Below are positions 62,657 through 64,000 of a stretch of DNA of 64,000 nucleotides, piece by piece. Origin of the DNA: Gulosibacter massiliensis. Lineage in GTDB: Bacteria > Actinomycetota > Actinomycetes > Actinomycetales > Microbacteriaceae. A model generated the notes under the pieces. That model searched no databases. It saw only the letters and a program-made list of their open reading frames with translations, and had not been told where the DNA came from. A program made the position numbers and the translations under genes. Numbering within the stretch: the stretch's first letter is position 1; each line of letters starts with the position of its first letter. Where the stretch lies: assembly GCA_943369205.1 (NCBI GenBank), contig CALRMP020000003.1, forward strand, positions 17 to 64,016, written 5' to 3'.

Positions 62657-63349
62657 ATGCGTCGCGTCGGCCTCCTCGGCGGCATGAGTTGGCAGAGCTC
62701 GGCGCTCTACTACTCGGCACTCAACGAGGGCGTCGCCGAGCGGCTCGGCGGCGTGCACTCGGCCGACCTCGTCATGGTCTCGGTCGACTTTGCCGAGATC
62801 GAGCACCTGCAGGCAGCGGGGGAGTGGCACCGCGCGGGCGAGTTGCTCGCCCGAGAGGCGCAGGCCCTCGAGGCGGCCGGCGCTGAGGCGATCGTGCTCT
62901 GCACCAACACCATGCACCTCGTTGCGCCGGCGATTGAGGCCGCGGTGAGCATCCCGTTGCTGCATCTGGGTGATGTGACCGCGCGGGCGGTGCGCGGAGC
63001 CGGTCTCGATCGCATCGGGATGCTCGGCACGCGCTTCACGATGCACGAGCCCTTCATGCGCGAACACATCGCCTCGCACGGCATCGACGTGCTCGTGCCC
63101 GACGACGATGACCAGGCTGTCGTGCACCGCATCATCTACGACGAGCTCGTGCGCGGTGTCGTGTCGGAGACCTCGCGCGCGGCGTATCTCGCGGTGATCG
63201 AGCGACTCGTCGCGCGCGGTGCGCAGGGCATTGTGCTCGGCTGCACCGAGATCGAGTTGCTCGTCGAGCAGCGGCACGTCGACCTGCCGCTGTTCCCGAC
63301 AACGCGGCTGCACGCCGAGGCTGCGGTCGAGTGGATGCTCGCGCCCTGA
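62657..63349 (+). CDS. Aspartate/glutamate racemase-family protein
   Basis: Starts MRRVGLLGGMSWQSSALYY. The two catalytic Cys contexts are VLCTNTMH and VLGCTEI. Confidence 0.85.
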   Translation: MRRVGLLGGMSWQSSALYYSALNEGVAERLGGVHSADLVMVSVDFAEIEHLQAAGEWHRAGELLAREAQALEAAGAEAIVLCTNTMHLVAPAIEAAVSIPLLHLGDVTARAVRGAGLDRIGMLGTRFTMHEPFMREHIASHGIDVLVPDDDDQAVVHRIIYDELVRGVVSETSRAAYLAVIERLVARGAQGIVLGCTEIELLVEQRHVDLPLFPTTRLHAEAAVEWMLAP

Positions 63350-63375
63350 AAGGCAGCCCCGAGCGAATGCCCTGA

Positions 63376-64000
<625 letters not shown>

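Noticed and set aside
61672-62685. 337-aa minus-strand ORF antisense to the DUF389 gene
   Set aside because: Its translation is Arg/His/Asp/Glu-rich, mirroring hydrophobic TM codons. The plus strand gives the typical DUF389 membrane protein.

Overview
This is a gene-dense, high-GC actinobacterial (Micrococcales-like) chromosomal segment. I recognise about 58 protein genes and one tRNA, and no rRNA, CRISPR array, integrase or transposase. All calls rest on reading the ORF translations and the DNA by eye; no homology search was possible. Gene starts were re-picked where the track ORF is clearly an upstream read-through.

**Left flank (1-10.3 kb).** It holds a LuxR-type tail, a membrane-anchored coiled-coil protein and a 1239-aa Upf1-like/DUF4011 helicase-family protein whose Walker A and Walker B residues appear lost. 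Next comes the conserved actinobacterial block FmdB zinc ribbon / 5-formyl-THF cyclo-ligase / galU / RimJ-like GNAT, then two membrane proteins and tRNA-Ala(CGC).

**Accessory region (about 10.4-45 kb).** The last 13 nt of the tRNA plus 4 nt are repeated exactly 54 nt downstream, which looks like an att scar. About 35 kb of accessory-looking, visibly less GC-rich DNA follows:
- a DUF4386/TetR pair and an F420-type nitroreductase;
- a small membrane protein, a lipoprotein and a terpene-cyclase-fold protein;
- LacI plus ThuA/ThuB-like genes plus a fucose-isomerase-like gene;
- a 14.8-kb, 12-gene translationally coupled operon, described below;
- a Gfo/DUF993/TIM-barrel trio with LacI;
- a CoA-transferase / cytoplasmic SBP-like / MaoC / LacI / lactonase / SDR operon.

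**The 12-gene operon (18859-33623)** is the most interesting candidate for an undescribed system. It runs from an LplABC-like sugar ABC importer through a heparinase-II/III-like protein, a HEAT protein, a carbon-nitrogen hydrolase, GH116, two Gfo/Idh/MocA genes and a GH95-like protein to a paired SMR exporter.

**Right flank (45-64 kb).** It holds EamA with an XRE-cupin regulator, a CrtI-like oxidoreductase and a short UvrA2-type paralog. These are followed by a four-gene double-FtsX/double-ATPase ABC system, prfC, YbaK, Dabb, DUF389, a racemase and the start of sufS.
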